From contig QBVW01000005.1 in the NCBI GenBank assembly GCA_003284215.1, forward strand, positions 4,881 to 68,880: a stretch of DNA of 64,000 nt, given 5' to 3'. Both the position numbers and the translations under genes were made by a program. Below the pieces are notes generated by a model. The model was not told the origin of the DNA and searched no databases. It was given only the letters and a program-made list of their open reading frames with translations. Source of the stretch: SAR86 cluster bacterium AG-313-D11. Lineage in GTDB: Bacteria; Pseudomonadota; Gammaproteobacteria; Magnimaribacterales; D2472. Position 1 is the first letter of the stretch. Every line of letters begins with the position of its first letter. Below, in pieces: positions 1-10,893 of this stretch.

Positions 1-2
1 AT

Positions 3-149
3 GCCAAGACTGTTTTTGTTCTCAAAAGATCTATGTCTTCTGGTTTTGCCGGAGTTCAAAATCCCTTATTTTTTAGAGAAAATACTAGAATGTTATTTGG
101 CGATGCTAAGGAATCAATTGGCCAAATTGTTGCTGAATTTAAAGACTAA
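3..149 (+). CDS. 3' end of an unidentified CDS (partial, enters from the left edge)
   Basis: Frame 3 is open from the window edge to TAA at 147-149 (…[45 protein letters not shown]). Third codon positions are mostly A/T, like the neighbouring genes. Frame 1 is also open but has G-rich third positions. No family recognised. Confidence 0.3.
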   Translation, partial: AKTVFVLKRSMSSGFAGVQNPLFFRENTRMLFGDAKESIGQIVAEFKD

Positions 150-165
150 AATACCCCTGAAGTAT

Positions 166-174
166 GTTAAAATG
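166..174 (+). promoter_or_regulatory. Possible extended -10 promoter element (TGtTAAAAT) upstream of gyrA
   Basis: TG at 166-167, one spacer base, then TAAAAT at 169-174, about 58 nt upstream of the gyrA ATG. There is no good -35, which an extended -10 can tolerate. The AT-rich background makes chance matches likely. Confidence 0.25.
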
Positions 175-231
175 TAGCCTTAATTAAGGGAATTTCCTGC
201 ACGTAAAAAATATCGCTTTTAGGGCTAAAAA

Positions 232-2769
232 ATGACTGATTTTGCAAAAGAAATCTTACCAATCAACATTGAAGATGAGCTAAAGACTTCATACTTAAGT
301 TATGCGATGAGCGTCATTCATGGAAGAGCACTTCCAGACGTTAGAGACGGTCTAAAGCCTGTGCATAGAAGAATTCTATTTGCCCAACATGTCCTGAGAA
401 ATACATATCGACAACCTTACAAGAAATCAGCCAGAGTTGTTGGAGACGTAATTGGTAAATATCATCCTCATGGCGACTCAGCAGTATACGAAGCAATGGT
501 TAGAATGGCTCAAGACTTCTCTATGAGGTATACCTTAGTTGAGGGGCAGGGTAATTTTGGGTCAATAGATGGAGATTCTCCTGCTGCCATGCGTTATACC
601 GAAGTCAGGATGGCAAAAATCACAGATATGATTCTCAATGATATTGAAAAAGAAACTGTAAGCTACTCTCCTAATTATGATGGAACAGAGCAAATTCCTG
701 ATGTTATGCCCACAAGAATTCCAGCATTGCTTGTCAATGGCTCTTCAGGCATTGCTGTTGGGATGGCAACAAATGTACCTCCACATAATCTTACAGAGGT
801 ATTAAATGGCTGCTTGCTCTTGTTAGATAATCCTAAAGCTAGCATTGATGAGATTATTCAAATTATTACTGGTCCTGATTTTCCAACTGGCGGAACCATT
901 GATGGAAGAATTGGAATATATGAGGGCTATAAGACCGGCAGAGGAATTATTCATGTTCGTGCTAAAACTTCTGTTGAGGAGGATAAATCTGGAAAGAATT
1001 CCTTAATCATTAATGAGATACCTTACATGGTAAATAAAGCTAGGATGCTTGAAAGAATTGCCGAGATGGTAAAAGACAAAAAAATAGACGGCATAAGTGA
1101 AATTAGGGATGAATCTGATAAGGATGGCCTTAGAGTAGTTATTGAGGTCAAGCGCGGCGAGTCTGTAGAAGTCTTAGAAAATAATTTATTTGCGCAATCG
1201 CAATTGGAACAATCTTTTGGTATTAATTTCACTGTGCTTGTCGATGGTCAGCCTCGCGTATTAAATATTAAAGAGATCCTTCAAGAATTTATCAAGCACA
1301 GAAAAGATGTTGTTACTAAAAGAACAAAATTTGATTTAAGAAAGGCAAAAGAAAGAGGTCATATTATTGAGGGATTAATGGTTGCAATAGCAAACATTGA
1401 TGAGGTCATTCAAATAATTAAAAAGTCTAAAGATACTAAGATTGCAGCAACTGAACTTTGTAAGAAGTCATGGAAAGCCGGGCCGATAGAGGCAATTCTT
1501 AAGAAAGCTGGTAAGGATGCATGTCGCCCTAAAGGCCTATCATCTGACTATGGTATTAAAGGTAAAAATTATAAACTATCTCCAGCTCAAGCAAAGTCTA
1601 TTCTTGAATTGAGACTTGGAAGACTAACCGGTTTAGAGCAAGACAACCTCTCCACAGAATTTAACGAAATTTTAGAGGTAATTTTAGAACTTCAAAAAAT
1701 ACTTGATGATAAAGACACACTCTTGAAGTTAATTAAAGATGAGTTAATAGAGGTAAGAGAAAATTTTGGAGATGATAGAAAGACTAATATCAACGATACA
1801 CGTCATGATATTTCAAATGAAGATTTAATTCCTGAAGAAACCAGAGTATTAACCCTTTCTCGAAGTGGCTATGCCAAAACTCAACCGCTAGATGAATACA
1901 GAGAGCAGCGAAGAGGTGGGGTTGGTAAAGCTGGTGCAAAAGTTAAAGAAGAGGATCTAATACAAAACCTTTATGTTTTAAGTTCTCACAGTCAGCTTTT
2001 ATGTTTTACAACCAAAGGCAAAGTTTTTTGGCTAAAGGTTTATGAAGTTCCAGTTGCAAGTAGAACTTCCAAAGGAAGACCGCTCGTTAATATGCTGAAG
2101 TTGGATGATGATGAGAATGTGACCCAAATTTTGCCAGTTGATGAATTTTCAGAAGATAAATTTATTTTCATGGCTACTCGAAATGGCGTTGTTAAAAAAA
2201 CAAACTTAAATTTATTCCATAAAAAATATAAATCTGGAATTAAAGCTATTCGATTAGACGATGATGATAAATTAGTTGGGACTGTCATCACTAATGGTGA
2301 TAACGATATTTTGCTTTCATCTTATTCTGGAAAATTAATTAGATTTCATGAATCCAAAGTTCGTCCAATGGGAAGAACTGCTAGAGGAGTAAAAGGAATC
2401 ACGTTGAAAGATGGTATGAAGGTTATCTCTTTAATGATTGGCGATCCATCTAAAACTATTCTGTGTTTATCTGAGAATGGTTTTGGAAAAAGAACAAAGC
2501 TTGAAGACTTTCCTTCTTATAACAGAGGCGGACAGGGAGTCATTGCCTTAAAAACGAGCGATAGAAATGGAAATATGGTTTCAGCTGTCTCCGTGGATGA
2601 TGACGATGGCATTATGCTCATTAGTGATAAAGGCACATTAATTAGAACCGCCATTAGCCAAATACCAACTTTAGGTAGAAATACTCAAGGAGTTAAGGTT
2701 ATTAGTCCCAAAGAAGGTGAAAAATTAATCGAAGGCGTGAGAATCCCCCCGGAAGAAGAAGAGGAATAA
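232..2769 (+). CDS. gyrA: DNA gyrase subunit A
   Basis: 845-aa ORF. N-terminus '[26 protein letters not shown]', QRDR '[20 protein letters not shown]', and the active-site region '[10 protein letters not shown]'. It has the gammaproteobacterial insertion before '[13 protein letters not shown]', C-terminal beta-pinwheel repeats and a short acidic tail EEEEE. Confidence 0.98.
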   Translation: MTDFAKEILPINIEDELKTSYLSYAMSVIHGRALPDVRDGLKPVHRRILFAQHVLRNTYRQPYKKSARVVGDVIGKYHPHGDSAVYEAMVRMAQDFSMRYTLVEGQGNFGSIDGDSPAAMRYTEVRMAKITDMILNDIEKETVSYSPNYDGTEQIPDVMPTRIPALLVNGSSGIAVGMATNVPPHNLTEVLNGCLLLLDNPKASIDEIIQIITGPDFPTGGTIDGRIGIYEGYKTGRGIIHVRAKTSVEEDKSGKNSLIINEIPYMVNKARMLERIAEMVKDKKIDGISEIRDESDKDGLRVVIEVKRGESVEVLENNLFAQSQLEQSFGINFTVLVDGQPRVLNIKEILQEFIKHRKDVVTKRTKFDLRKAKERGHIIEGLMVAIANIDEVIQIIKKSKDTKIAATELCKKSWKAGPIEAILKKAGKDACRPKGLSSDYGIKGKNYKLSPAQAKSILELRLGRLTGLEQDNLSTEFNEILEVILELQKILDDKDTLLKLIKDELIEVRENFGDDRKTNINDTRHDISNEDLIPEETRVLTLSRSGYAKTQPLDEYREQRRGGVGKAGAKVKEEDLIQNLYVLSSHSQLLCFTTKGKVFWLKVYEVPVASRTSKGRPLVNMLKLDDDENVTQILPVDEFSEDKFIFMATRNGVVKKTNLNLFHKKYKSGIKAIRLDDDDKLVGTVITNGDNDILLSSYSGKLIRFHESKVRPMGRTARGVKGITLKDGMKVISLMIGDPSKTILCLSENGFGKRTKLEDFPSYNRGGQGVIALKTSDRNGNMVSAVSVDDDDGIMLISDKGTLIRTAISQIPTLGRNTQGVKVISPKEGEKLIEGVRIPPEEEEE

Positions 2770-3842
2770 TGAGAAAATGGAATTTCTCGGCAGGTCCTGC
2801 TGCTATTCCTGAAGCTGTTTTGCAAGAAGCCCAAGCAGAAATGCTGGAATGGTATGACTCAGGTATGTCAGTAATGGAAATGAGTCATAGGTCTTCTGAA
2901 TTCATAGATATAGCGAATAAGGCTCGAGAAGATTTTATAGATTTATTAAAAATTCCTAGTGATTATCAAGTTCTTTTTCTTCAAGGAGGAGCAACTCTTC
3001 AGTTCTCAATGGTTCCAATGAATTTTAGCTCTCAAAGAGTTGCTGATTATGTTTTGTCTGGAAGCTGGTCAAAAAAAGCTGTCCATGAAGCCTCAAAAAT
3101 TACTGATATCAATATTGTAACAAGCTCTGAATCATCTAATTTTAACAATGTGCCTAATGAAGAGAGCTGGAGCTGTTCTGAAAATGCAGCTTATCTTCAT
3201 TATGTTGCCAATGAGACAATTCAAGGTAATGCATTACATTTCCCTCCAGCCATTGATGTTCCCCTGATATCAGATATGTCATCTGTCATCTTGAGTGAGC
3301 AAATTGATGTATCAAAGTTTTCAATGATTTATGCAGGTGCTCAGAAGAATATAGGCCCAGCTGGGCTCACTATTTGTATTATTAAAAATGATTTCTTAAA
3401 AACAGCTTCAACAGATCTGCCAGGCATGCTTCAGTACTCGAAGCATGCTGATGCAGATTCGATGTTTAATACTCCTCCAACCTTTGCATGGTATCTAGCA
3501 GGTAAAGTCTTTTCATGGCTTAAAGATAAGGGAGGTTTAGAGTCTATAGGTAAGATAAACCAGCTTAAAGCTAAAAATTTGTATGCATTTATTGATCAGT
3601 CAGACTTTTACTCAAACCCTATCTCTGAGAAAAATAGATCAATTATGAACGTACCGTTTTTATTGAAAAATTCAAAATTAGATACTGAATTCTTGCATGA
3701 AGCAGAAAATGCGGGTTTACTTAACTTAAAAGGACACAGGTCAGTTGGTGGCATGAGAGCAAGTATTTATAATGCTACGCCAATTGAGGCAGTAGATGCA
3801 TTGATTAATTTCATGGGAGATTTTCAGGCTAAGCACGGATAA
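2769..3842 (+). CDS. serC: Phosphoserine aminotransferase
   Basis: 357 aa. N-terminus 'NFSAGPAAIPEAVLQEAQ' is typical of SerC, and the gene sits in conserved gyrA-serC-pheA synteny. The ATG shares one base with the gyrA stop (TAATG). Confidence 0.94.
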   Translation: MRKWNFSAGPAAIPEAVLQEAQAEMLEWYDSGMSVMEMSHRSSEFIDIANKAREDFIDLLKIPSDYQVLFLQGGATLQFSMVPMNFSSQRVADYVLSGSWSKKAVHEASKITDINIVTSSESSNFNNVPNEESWSCSENAAYLHYVANETIQGNALHFPPAIDVPLISDMSSVILSEQIDVSKFSMIYAGAQKNIGPAGLTICIIKNDFLKTASTDLPGMLQYSKHADADSMFNTPPTFAWYLAGKVFSWLKDKGGLESIGKINQLKAKNLYAFIDQSDFYSNPISEKNRSIMNVPFLLKNSKLDTEFLHEAENAGLLNLKGHRSVGGMRASIYNATPIEAVDALINFMGDFQAKHG

Positions 3843-3846
3843 AGTT

Positions 3847-4929
3847 GTGAGTAAGAATAAAATTAAACCTATTAGGCAAAAAATTGATGCTATTGATCAT
3901 CAAATACTGAAGCTCATTCAAAAAAGAGGTTCTTTGGCTCAAAAGATTGGTGATTTGAAGAGCTTAATTAATACAAAGACTTCATTCTACAAACCTAATA
4001 GAGAGGCGGAGATCTTAAGAAATATCTCTAAGCTAAATATGGGACCAATTTCAGAGAAGAATATCCATCATATTTTTAAAGAAATTATCTCTTCTTGTTT
4101 GGCACTAGAAGAAGAATTGTCGATTGCATACCTTGGTCCTGAAGGTACTCATTCTGAAGGAGCTGTAATCCAGCATTTTGGCTCTTCGCCAAGCAGATCA
4201 CCAAGAGCTACGATAGAAGACGTTTTTCATCAGGTAAGAACTGGTTCCGTGAACTTTGGTGTTGTTCCAGTAGAAAATTCATCTGAAGGAGTGGTAAATG
4301 CAACTCTAAATTCTTTAGCAGATGAGGAGATTAAGATTTGTGGCGAAACTTATTTGACCATTCATCACCAATTAGGCTCCGCAAAAAAATTTAAATTGGC
4401 TGATGCTCAAACTGTCGCATCTCACCCCCAAGCTCTTGGTCAGTGCAGCAAATGGTTGGATGCTAATTTACCAAATGCAAAAAGGGAGGTCACTTCAAGC
4501 ACAGCAGAAGCCGCCAAACTCTCTAAAGCTAATCCAAAAACATTATGCATAGTTAGCTCTTTAGCAATTTATAAATATAAGCTTCATCATTATCAAAAAA
4601 ATATTGAAGACTTTTCAGGCAATAATACAAGATTTTTAGTTATTGGTAATATTGATGTAGAGCAAACCAAGAATGATAAAACTTCATTTTTGGTTCAAAC
4701 AGACAATCAGCCCGGAGCCTTAATTAAAATTCTTGAACCATTTAATAAAAGAAAAATTAATTTAGAAAGGATTGAAACGAGGCCGTCAAGAGAGTCATCG
4801 AATGCCCATAATTTTTTTATAGACAGTAGCGGTCACTACAAAGATGTAAAGTTAAAACAAGTAATTGCAAGTCTTGTTGATTTAGGAGCATCCGTTCGCA
4901 TTCTTGGTTCATACCCTTCAGACTCATGA
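3847..4929 (+). CDS. pheA: Bifunctional chorismate mutase / prephenate dehydratase (P-protein)
   Basis: 360 aa with a GTG start. N-terminal chorismate mutase helix 'IRQKIDAIDHQILKLIQKR', a prephenate dehydratase core ('IAYLGPEGTHSE', 'NTRFLVIG') and a C-terminal ACT-like region ('RIETRPSR'). Confidence 0.93.
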   Translation: MSKNKIKPIRQKIDAIDHQILKLIQKRGSLAQKIGDLKSLINTKTSFYKPNREAEILRNISKLNMGPISEKNIHHIFKEIISSCLALEEELSIAYLGPEGTHSEGAVIQHFGSSPSRSPRATIEDVFHQVRTGSVNFGVVPVENSSEGVVNATLNSLADEEIKICGETYLTIHHQLGSAKKFKLADAQTVASHPQALGQCSKWLDANLPNAKREVTSSTAEAAKLSKANPKTLCIVSSLAIYKYKLHHYQKNIEDFSGNNTRFLVIGNIDVEQTKNDKTSFLVQTDNQPGALIKILEPFNKRKINLERIETRPSRESSNAHNFFIDSSGHYKDVKLKQVIASLVDLGASVRILGSYPSDS

Positions 4930-6023
4930 GTTCAGATATTCTTAACAATCTTAATCCAGGGATTGGAGATCTTCATCCTTATGAGCCTGGTCGTTCTATT
5001 GACGAAGTCGTTTCAGAATTTGGTCATAATGAAGTAGTCAAGCTGGCAAGTAATGAAAACCCTCTAGGAGCATCTCCTAAAGCTCTTTCAGTCCTTGAAC
5101 AACTTGAGAATAATTTACATTTATATCCCGATGGAAATGGAACAACACTAAAAGAGGCAATCTCTAATCATGAACATGTTCCTGTAGAAAATATTATTCT
5201 TGGCAATGGATCCAATGAGATTTTAGAATTAGCTGCCAGAGCTTTTCTTAATCCTAGTACTTCATCCATTGCATCAAAGCATGCATTTGCAGTTTACAAA
5301 ATAGTTACTCAATCTGCAGGCGCATCCCTGATCGAGGTTCCAACATGCAATTGGGGGCATGATTTGCAATCATTTAATGAGCATTTAGAAAAAAGTACAA
5401 GAGTTATTTTTATTGCCAATCCAAATAACCCAACTGGAACATATAACAGTCATGAAGAAGTACATTCATTACTTAAAAAAATTCCCTCTTCAGTTTTGGT
5501 TGTTCTGGACTGCGCATATTTTGAGTATGTGACCAAAGCAGACTATGTTAAGCCTCTTGATCTTTTGCATGAATTTGATAATTTGTTAATAACAAAATCA
5601 TTCTCAAAAATTCATGGCCTTGCCAGCATTAGAGTTGGATATGGTATAGCTCATCCTTCCTTAATTGAGGTCTTAAATCGAATTAGGCAACCTTTTAATG
5701 TAAATGCTGTTGCTCAATCTATGGCTTCCATAGCAATTAATGATCATGAACATATTCGTAAAAGCATAGAATTAAATACACAACAATATGAATTTTTGTT
5801 TAATCAATTATCTGAACTTGGGCTTGAGTGCATTCCATCGGTAGGTAATTTCATCACCTTTAAAGGAGATTTTGTTGGTAAAGAAATCTTTACCAATCTC
5901 ATGAAAAAAGGAGTCATCGTCAGAGCAGTTGATCTATATGATATGAAAGATTTTATTAGAGTCACAATTGGCACTGAGGCTGAAAACCTAAAATTTCTTA
6001 GAGCGCTAGAAGAGCTTTTATGA
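4926..6023 (+). CDS. hisC: Histidinol-phosphate/aromatic aminotransferase (class II)
   Basis: 365 aa. 'KLASNENPLG' and the PLP-lysine context 'KSFSKIHGLASIRVGY'. ATGA overlap with pheA. It sits in the aromatic amino-acid block, as hisC2 does in pseudomonads. Confidence 0.88.
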   Translation: MSSDILNNLNPGIGDLHPYEPGRSIDEVVSEFGHNEVVKLASNENPLGASPKALSVLEQLENNLHLYPDGNGTTLKEAISNHEHVPVENIILGNGSNEILELAARAFLNPSTSSIASKHAFAVYKIVTQSAGASLIEVPTCNWGHDLQSFNEHLEKSTRVIFIANPNNPTGTYNSHEEVHSLLKKIPSSVLVVLDCAYFEYVTKADYVKPLDLLHEFDNLLITKSFSKIHGLASIRVGYGIAHPSLIEVLNRIRQPFNVNAVAQSMASIAINDHEHIRKSIELNTQQYEFLFNQLSELGLECIPSVGNFITFKGDFVGKEIFTNLMKKGVIVRAVDLYDMKDFIRVTIGTEAENLKFLRALEELL

Positions 6024-6862
6024 AAATTATTATTATTGGCCTAGGTTTAATAGGAGGCTCAATTGCTAAAACTTTATCAAGTTCTAAAGATTATGAGATC
6101 TTTGCTTTTGACTCAGATCAAAACAGCATCAGGAATGCATTAGACAACCAATCAATTCAGGGTTCGCTTCATTCTCTTGATGATCTAGGAAATTCTAAAT
6201 ACGAAGATTCGCTCGTAATTATTTCAACTCCTCCGGGTGTAACTGCTGACATCCTAAGATCTTTAAATTTTTTATTTAATACTTCAGTCACTATCACAGA
6301 CACAACAAGCACTAAAACTTCTCTAAATAAAATTTTGCAAGAATTTAATTTTCCTGAAAACTTTCTCTTCTCTCATCCTGTAGCAGGCTCTCATCTTTCG
6401 GGTGAAAAAAATTCAGCTACTGATCTTTTCAACAGAAAATCAACAATATTGTCTTATCATGGGTCTGCAGCATCACAACATGTAGATCGAGTTACGAGCT
6501 TATGGGATGCGCTAGGATCAAAGGTAACAATCTTAGATGCAGATTTGCATGATCAGATATTTGCATATTCTAGTCATCTTCCTCATGTTGCGGCTTACGC
6601 ATTGTTAAATACATTAAAGGGACTTGAGCAAGATAAGCTCTCAGATTTTTCAGGCGGTGGTCTCGGAGAATTTTTAAGACTGGTATCATCTTCCCCTGAA
6701 ATGTGGGCAGATATTTTTACAATGAATGAAAAGAATATTGCTATTGCCATAGATGATTTGATAAAAAGTCTAGATCTTTTGAAGGATAAGATTGGAAAAG
6801 ATCCAAATAGTCTTCAGACTTTTTTAGGCGAGTTGAAAGATTTTAAGGAATCAAACTATTGA
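6020..6862 (+). CDS. tyrA: Prephenate (or arogenate) dehydrogenase
   Basis: 280 aa. Rossmann start 'KIIIIGLGLIGGSIAK', 'SHPVAGS' and 'SHLPHVAAYAL' motifs. Located between hisC and aroA, with an ATGA overlap with hisC. Confidence 0.85.
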   Translation: MKIIIIGLGLIGGSIAKTLSSSKDYEIFAFDSDQNSIRNALDNQSIQGSLHSLDDLGNSKYEDSLVIISTPPGVTADILRSLNFLFNTSVTITDTTSTKTSLNKILQEFNFPENFLFSHPVAGSHLSGEKNSATDLFNRKSTILSYHGSAASQHVDRVTSLWDALGSKVTILDADLHDQIFAYSSHLPHVAAYALLNTLKGLEQDKLSDFSGGGLGEFLRLVSSSPEMWADIFTMNEKNIAIAIDDLIKSLDLLKDKIGKDPNSLQTFLGELKDFKESNY

Positions 6863-8175
6863 ATTTAACAACATCTATTAATACCCATATTTTTGGGACG
6901 GTTAAATGTCCAGGCGATAAATCCATCTCGCAAAGGGTTTTGATAATCGGAGCTTTGATGAATCAAGAAATGACAGTAGATGGCTTCTTGCATGGAGAAG
7001 ATCCGCTCTCCACAATGAATGCTCTCAATCAAATTGGGGCCGGCATTTCAGTTGATGAAAACGGATTGGTTCATTTATGTAAAAGAGATCATATCTTTAA
7101 AAATTGTGATGAACCACTGAATCTTGGCAACTCAGGTACTGGCTTGCGTCTATTGTTGGGTTTGACTTCTGGTATTGACTTAAATCTTTCTTTTTGCGGA
7201 GATGAATCATTGTCTTCGCGTCCAATGAGCAGGGTAATAAACCCATTAACAGAAATGGGAGCTAGCATTGAATCATCGAATGGTAAGTTGCCTATTACAA
7301 TATTGCCAAAATCACTGCAAAAGGAATATGCATATGAGTTGCCAGTAGCAAGTGCTCAAGTAAAGTCAAGCATCTTATTAGCTGGTCTTGCCTCAGGGAC
7401 GAGCGTTGAAATTACTGAGCCTATTCAAACAAGAGATCACACAGAAAGAATGCTGAAAAACTTTGGTGCAAATATACAAATTTTATCCGAGGGTAGTAAG
7501 AATATTATTAAATTGGCACCCTCCAATCAATTGAATGCTAAAAACTATACAGTAGTGGGCGATATTTCTTCTGCTGCTTTTTTTATAGTTGCTGCTTTAA
7601 TTAGTGATTCACCAGGTCTAGAAATTACAAATGTTGGAATAAACCCTTCAAGAACAGGGGTGTTGCTAGCTTTGCAAAAAATGGGTGCAGATATCGAGGT
7701 TAGAAATCAAAGACTGGAGTCAGGAGAGCCTTGTGCCGATTTAAAAATTAAAAAATCTGTATTACGAGGGGTGGAACTGTCCGGAGAGATTATTCCAAAT
7801 ATTATCGATGAAATACCTATAATTTCTATTGCCGCAGCATTTGCAGAAGGCGAGACCGTGATTCGAGATGCCGCAGAATTACGGGTTAAAGAATCAGATA
7901 GGCTTAAAGCTGTTTCTGATGGTTTTAGCAGACTTGGGGTTGCCCATCAAAATTTTGAAGACGGTATGAGTATTATGGGAAGCCCAAACTCTCTTTTGAT
8001 AGATCAACCAATTTCTATTGAATCTCATGAAGATCATAGAATTGCTATGAGTTTTTTAATAGCTGGTTTGAAATGTTCAAAACCAATTACAGTCAAGGAT
8101 TGTAAAAATATTTTTACATCATTTCCTGATTTTATAGAGTTAATTTCATCTATAGGATACAAGCTTGAAAAATAA
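6859..8175 (+). CDS. aroA: 3-phosphoshikimate 1-carboxyvinyltransferase (EPSP synthase), class II-type
   Basis: 438 aa. 'CPGDKSISQR' (the class II hallmark is GDKSISHR), 'LGNSGTGLRLL' and 'RVKESDRL'. The TTG start is embedded in the tyrA stop (TTGA). Confidence 0.93.
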   Translation: MNLTTSINTHIFGTVKCPGDKSISQRVLIIGALMNQEMTVDGFLHGEDPLSTMNALNQIGAGISVDENGLVHLCKRDHIFKNCDEPLNLGNSGTGLRLLLGLTSGIDLNLSFCGDESLSSRPMSRVINPLTEMGASIESSNGKLPITILPKSLQKEYAYELPVASAQVKSSILLAGLASGTSVEITEPIQTRDHTERMLKNFGANIQILSEGSKNIIKLAPSNQLNAKNYTVVGDISSAAFFIVAALISDSPGLEITNVGINPSRTGVLLALQKMGADIEVRNQRLESGEPCADLKIKKSVLRGVELSGEIIPNIIDEIPIISIAAAFAEGETVIRDAAELRVKESDRLKAVSDGFSRLGVAHQNFEDGMSIMGSPNSLLIDQPISIESHEDHRIAMSFLIAGLKCSKPITVKDCKNIFTSFPDFIELISSIGYKLEK

Positions 8176-8827
8176 CAATATTATTACTGTTGACGGTCCA
8201 TCTGCATCTGGCAAAGGATCGCTAGCTAAAGCATTAGCAAAAGAGCTCAATTTTATTTTATTAGATAGTGGCCTCCTGTATCGAGCATACTCATATTGTT
8301 TTGATCAGGTTGAAAATCATTCTTTTGCAAAAGACCACTTTTCTAATTTAAGAATTGATAGCATTGATCATGAGATGCATGTTTTTGAGAATAATATAGA
8401 TATTACTTCAATCCTTAGGCATGAAAACATAGCTAAATCTGCATCTCAATTGAGCAGTTTAAAAGAAACTAGAGATAATTTAATTAGCTTTCAAAGAGAC
8501 TTAGCCAGTGATAATGGATTAGTTGCAGATGGCAGGGATATGGGCACTGTTGTATTTCCAGATGCTGGGACTAAAATTTTTTTAATTGCCGATGCTGAAG
8601 TTAGAGCAGAGAGAAGGTTTTTGGAGTTGCAGAATGCGGGTCAAGGCGTTAACATGCGCGATCTAATTGAAGATATTAGATTGCGAGATGAGGCAGATAA
8701 GGCAAGAGAAATATCTCCCTTGATTCCAGCAGATGATTCCATTGAAGTGAATTCCTCTGATCTAACTCCTCAAGAAGTATTAGAATTAGTTTTAAAAATT
8801 TATAAAGAACATACCAAGGAAGTATAA
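8165..8827 (+). CDS. cmk: Cytidylate kinase
   Basis: 220 aa. P-loop '[13 protein letters not shown]' and '[12 protein letters not shown]'. The TTG start overlaps the aroA end by 11 nt. aroA-cmk-rpsA synteny. Confidence 0.9.
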   Translation: MKNNNIITVDGPSASGKGSLAKALAKELNFILLDSGLLYRAYSYCFDQVENHSFAKDHFSNLRIDSIDHEMHVFENNIDITSILRHENIAKSASQLSSLKETRDNLISFQRDLASDNGLVADGRDMGTVVFPDAGTKIFLIADAEVRAERRFLELQNAGQGVNMRDLIEDIRLRDEADKAREISPLIPADDSIEVNSSDLTPQEVLELVLKIYKEHTKEV

Positions 8828-8832
8828 GAAAT

Positions 8833-10140
8833 ATGTCAGAAAGCTTTGCTGCACTATTAGATGAGAGTCTAAGCACACTTGAAATGCAACCCGGCTCCAT
8901 TGTCACAGGAGTCGTTTTAGATGTTGATAAAGAATGGGTGACAGTCCATGTTGGCTTAAAATCAGAGGGAGTCATTTCTTTGGATGAGTTCAGGAATAAT
9001 GATGGGTCTGTTGAGATTGAATCCGGTGATGAGGTTCAGGTTGCTCTGGAGGCAGTTGAAGATGGATATGGAGAAACAAGAATTTCCAGAGAAAAGGCAA
9101 GAAAAATTGGAACCTGGAAAAAGCTTGAAGAAGCTTTGGAGACTGGAGAATTTGTTGAAGGAAAGGTCTTAACAAGAGTTAAAGGAGGCTTTTCTGTTGA
9201 GGTTGATGTTGTTAAAGCATTTCTACCTGGATCACTTGTAGATATTAGACCTGTCAAGGAAGCTCCGGAGCTCGAAAATACCGTTCAAGAATTTAAAGTT
9301 ATCAAATTAGATTACAAAAGAAATAATGTTGTTCTTTCAAGAAAAGCTGTTTTGGAAAAAATTAATTCTGCTGAAAAAGTTGAGTTATTAAAAAATCTTG
9401 ACGAAGGTCAAATTGTAAAAGGAATAGTTAAAAACTTAACTGACTATGGAGCTTTTGTTGATCTAGGAGGTCTAGATGGCTTGTTACACATAACAGACAT
9501 TTCGTGGTCAAGAGTGACCAATCCTTCTGAGGTATTGAGTCTCGGCGAAGAAATTGATGTGAAAATATTAAGTTTTGATAAAGAAAAACTTCGCGTTTCA
9601 CTGGGATTAAAACAGATTCAAAACGACCCCTGGGAAACAATTGAAGGCAAATATTCTGTTGGCGGTGTATATGAAGCTACAGTTTCAAATTTAACAGACT
9701 ATGGATGCTTTGCTGAACTTGAACAGGGTGTTGAAGGTTTAATTCATTTATCAGAGCTAGATTGGACTAATAAGAATATCCACCCATCAAAGGTTGTTGA
9801 TTTAGAAGAAAAAATCAAGGTTATGGTATTGGAGATAGACCATGATAAAAGAAGAATCTCTCTTGGTCTCAAGCAAACCAAAGCTAACCCTTGGACAGAG
9901 TTTGCAAATAAATATGGATTGGGTGATTCAGTAGAAGGTAGCATCAAATCTGTAACCGATTTTGGAATTTTTGTTGGTCTGGAGGGTGATATAGATGGCT
10001 TAATCCATCTTTCTGATATTACTGAAGATGAAAATCCGGCTGAAGCAATGGAAAATTATAAGAAGGGCGATAAACTCTCTTGTATCATTTTTGGTATTGA
10101 TGCCGAAAGAGAAAGGATTTCGTTGAAGCTTAGTGCTTAA
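8833..10140 (+). CDS. rpsA: 30S ribosomal protein S1, five-domain form
   Basis: 435 aa, collinear with E. coli S1 from '[13 protein letters not shown]' through 'DAERERISL'. Five S1 repeats are recognisable. The ORF stops where E. coli domain 6 would begin. Confidence 0.95.
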   Translation: MSESFAALLDESLSTLEMQPGSIVTGVVLDVDKEWVTVHVGLKSEGVISLDEFRNNDGSVEIESGDEVQVALEAVEDGYGETRISREKARKIGTWKKLEEALETGEFVEGKVLTRVKGGFSVEVDVVKAFLPGSLVDIRPVKEAPELENTVQEFKVIKLDYKRNNVVLSRKAVLEKINSAEKVELLKNLDEGQIVKGIVKNLTDYGAFVDLGGLDGLLHITDISWSRVTNPSEVLSLGEEIDVKILSFDKEKLRVSLGLKQIQNDPWETIEGKYSVGGVYEATVSNLTDYGCFAELEQGVEGLIHLSELDWTNKNIHPSKVVDLEEKIKVMVLEIDHDKRRISLGLKQTKANPWTEFANKYGLGDSVEGSIKSVTDFGIFVGLEGDIDGLIHLSDITEDENPAEAMENYKKGDKLSCIIFGIDAERERISLKLSA

Positions 10141-10190
10141 TTTTTTCAAAATACCTTTAGAAAGAATTATATTGAAAGATCAAACTAATT

Positions 10191-10277
10191 GCCCAGGTGG
10201 TGGAATTGGTAGACACAAGGGACTTAAAATCCCTCGAAGGCAACTTCGTGCCGGTTCAAGTCCGGCTCTGGGCACCA
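10191..10277 (+). tRNA. tRNA-Leu (anticodon UAA), class II with long variable arm
   Basis: Acceptor GCCCAGG pairs with TCTGGGC, followed by A-CCA. Anticodon arm AGGGA-CTTAAAA-TCCCT, T arm CCGG-TTCAAGT-CCGG, long variable arm. 87 nt with CCA encoded. Confidence 0.95.
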
Positions 10278-10293
10278 TCACATCTCACTTCGC

Positions 10294-10893
10294 ATGATCA
10301 AATTCCTTAATCTAAATTCTGAAAAACCCTATACTCATTTTAAGACTCTTTATAAGAAAGCATTAGAAAATGGTCAAAAAGGCATAGAAGCCATTTCTGT
10401 TTCATCATATGACAAGGCATCGAGCGAAGTTGAAGCAAGATATGTAAACCTTAAGTATATTGCGAATAATGAATGGATATTTTTTTCAAATTATCATTCT
10501 CCAAAAGCAAATCAGTTTGAGTCCCATAGCCAAGTTTCCATTCTTATTTATTGGGCTAGTATTAATACTCAAATCAGAATGAAAGCAAAAATCTATAAAA
10601 CCTCTATTGAATTTTCGAACGAGCATTTTCAGAGCAGGACTAAAGAAAAAAATGCACTAGCTATAAGCTCCAATCAATCACAGGTTATTGGCTCTTTTGA
10701 AGAAGTAGCAAAAAATTTTCAAGAAACTCTCGAATATATGACACCAGAAACAGTCAGACCAGATTTTTGGGGGGGCTATTCATTTGTGCCTTATTATTTT
10801 GAGTTTTGGCAAGGTCATGAAAATAGATTAAATAAACGACATGTTTTTGAGCAGCAAGACAAAGCATGGGAAGAGAAACTACTCCAGCCATAA
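10294..10893 (+). CDS. pdxH: Pyridoxamine 5'-phosphate oxidase
   Basis: 199 aa. C-terminal 'FWGGYSFVPYYFEFWQGHENRLNKRHVF' matches the PdxH signature (E. coli 'FWGGFRV…IEFWQGGEHRLHDRF'). The N-terminus is shorter than in E. coli. Confidence 0.85.
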   Translation: MIKFLNLNSEKPYTHFKTLYKKALENGQKGIEAISVSSYDKASSEVEARYVNLKYIANNEWIFFSNYHSPKANQFESHSQVSILIYWASINTQIRMKAKIYKTSIEFSNEHFQSRTKEKNALAISSNQSQVIGSFEEVAKNFQETLEYMTPETVRPDFWGGYSFVPYYFEFWQGHENRLNKRHVFEQQDKAWEEKLLQP

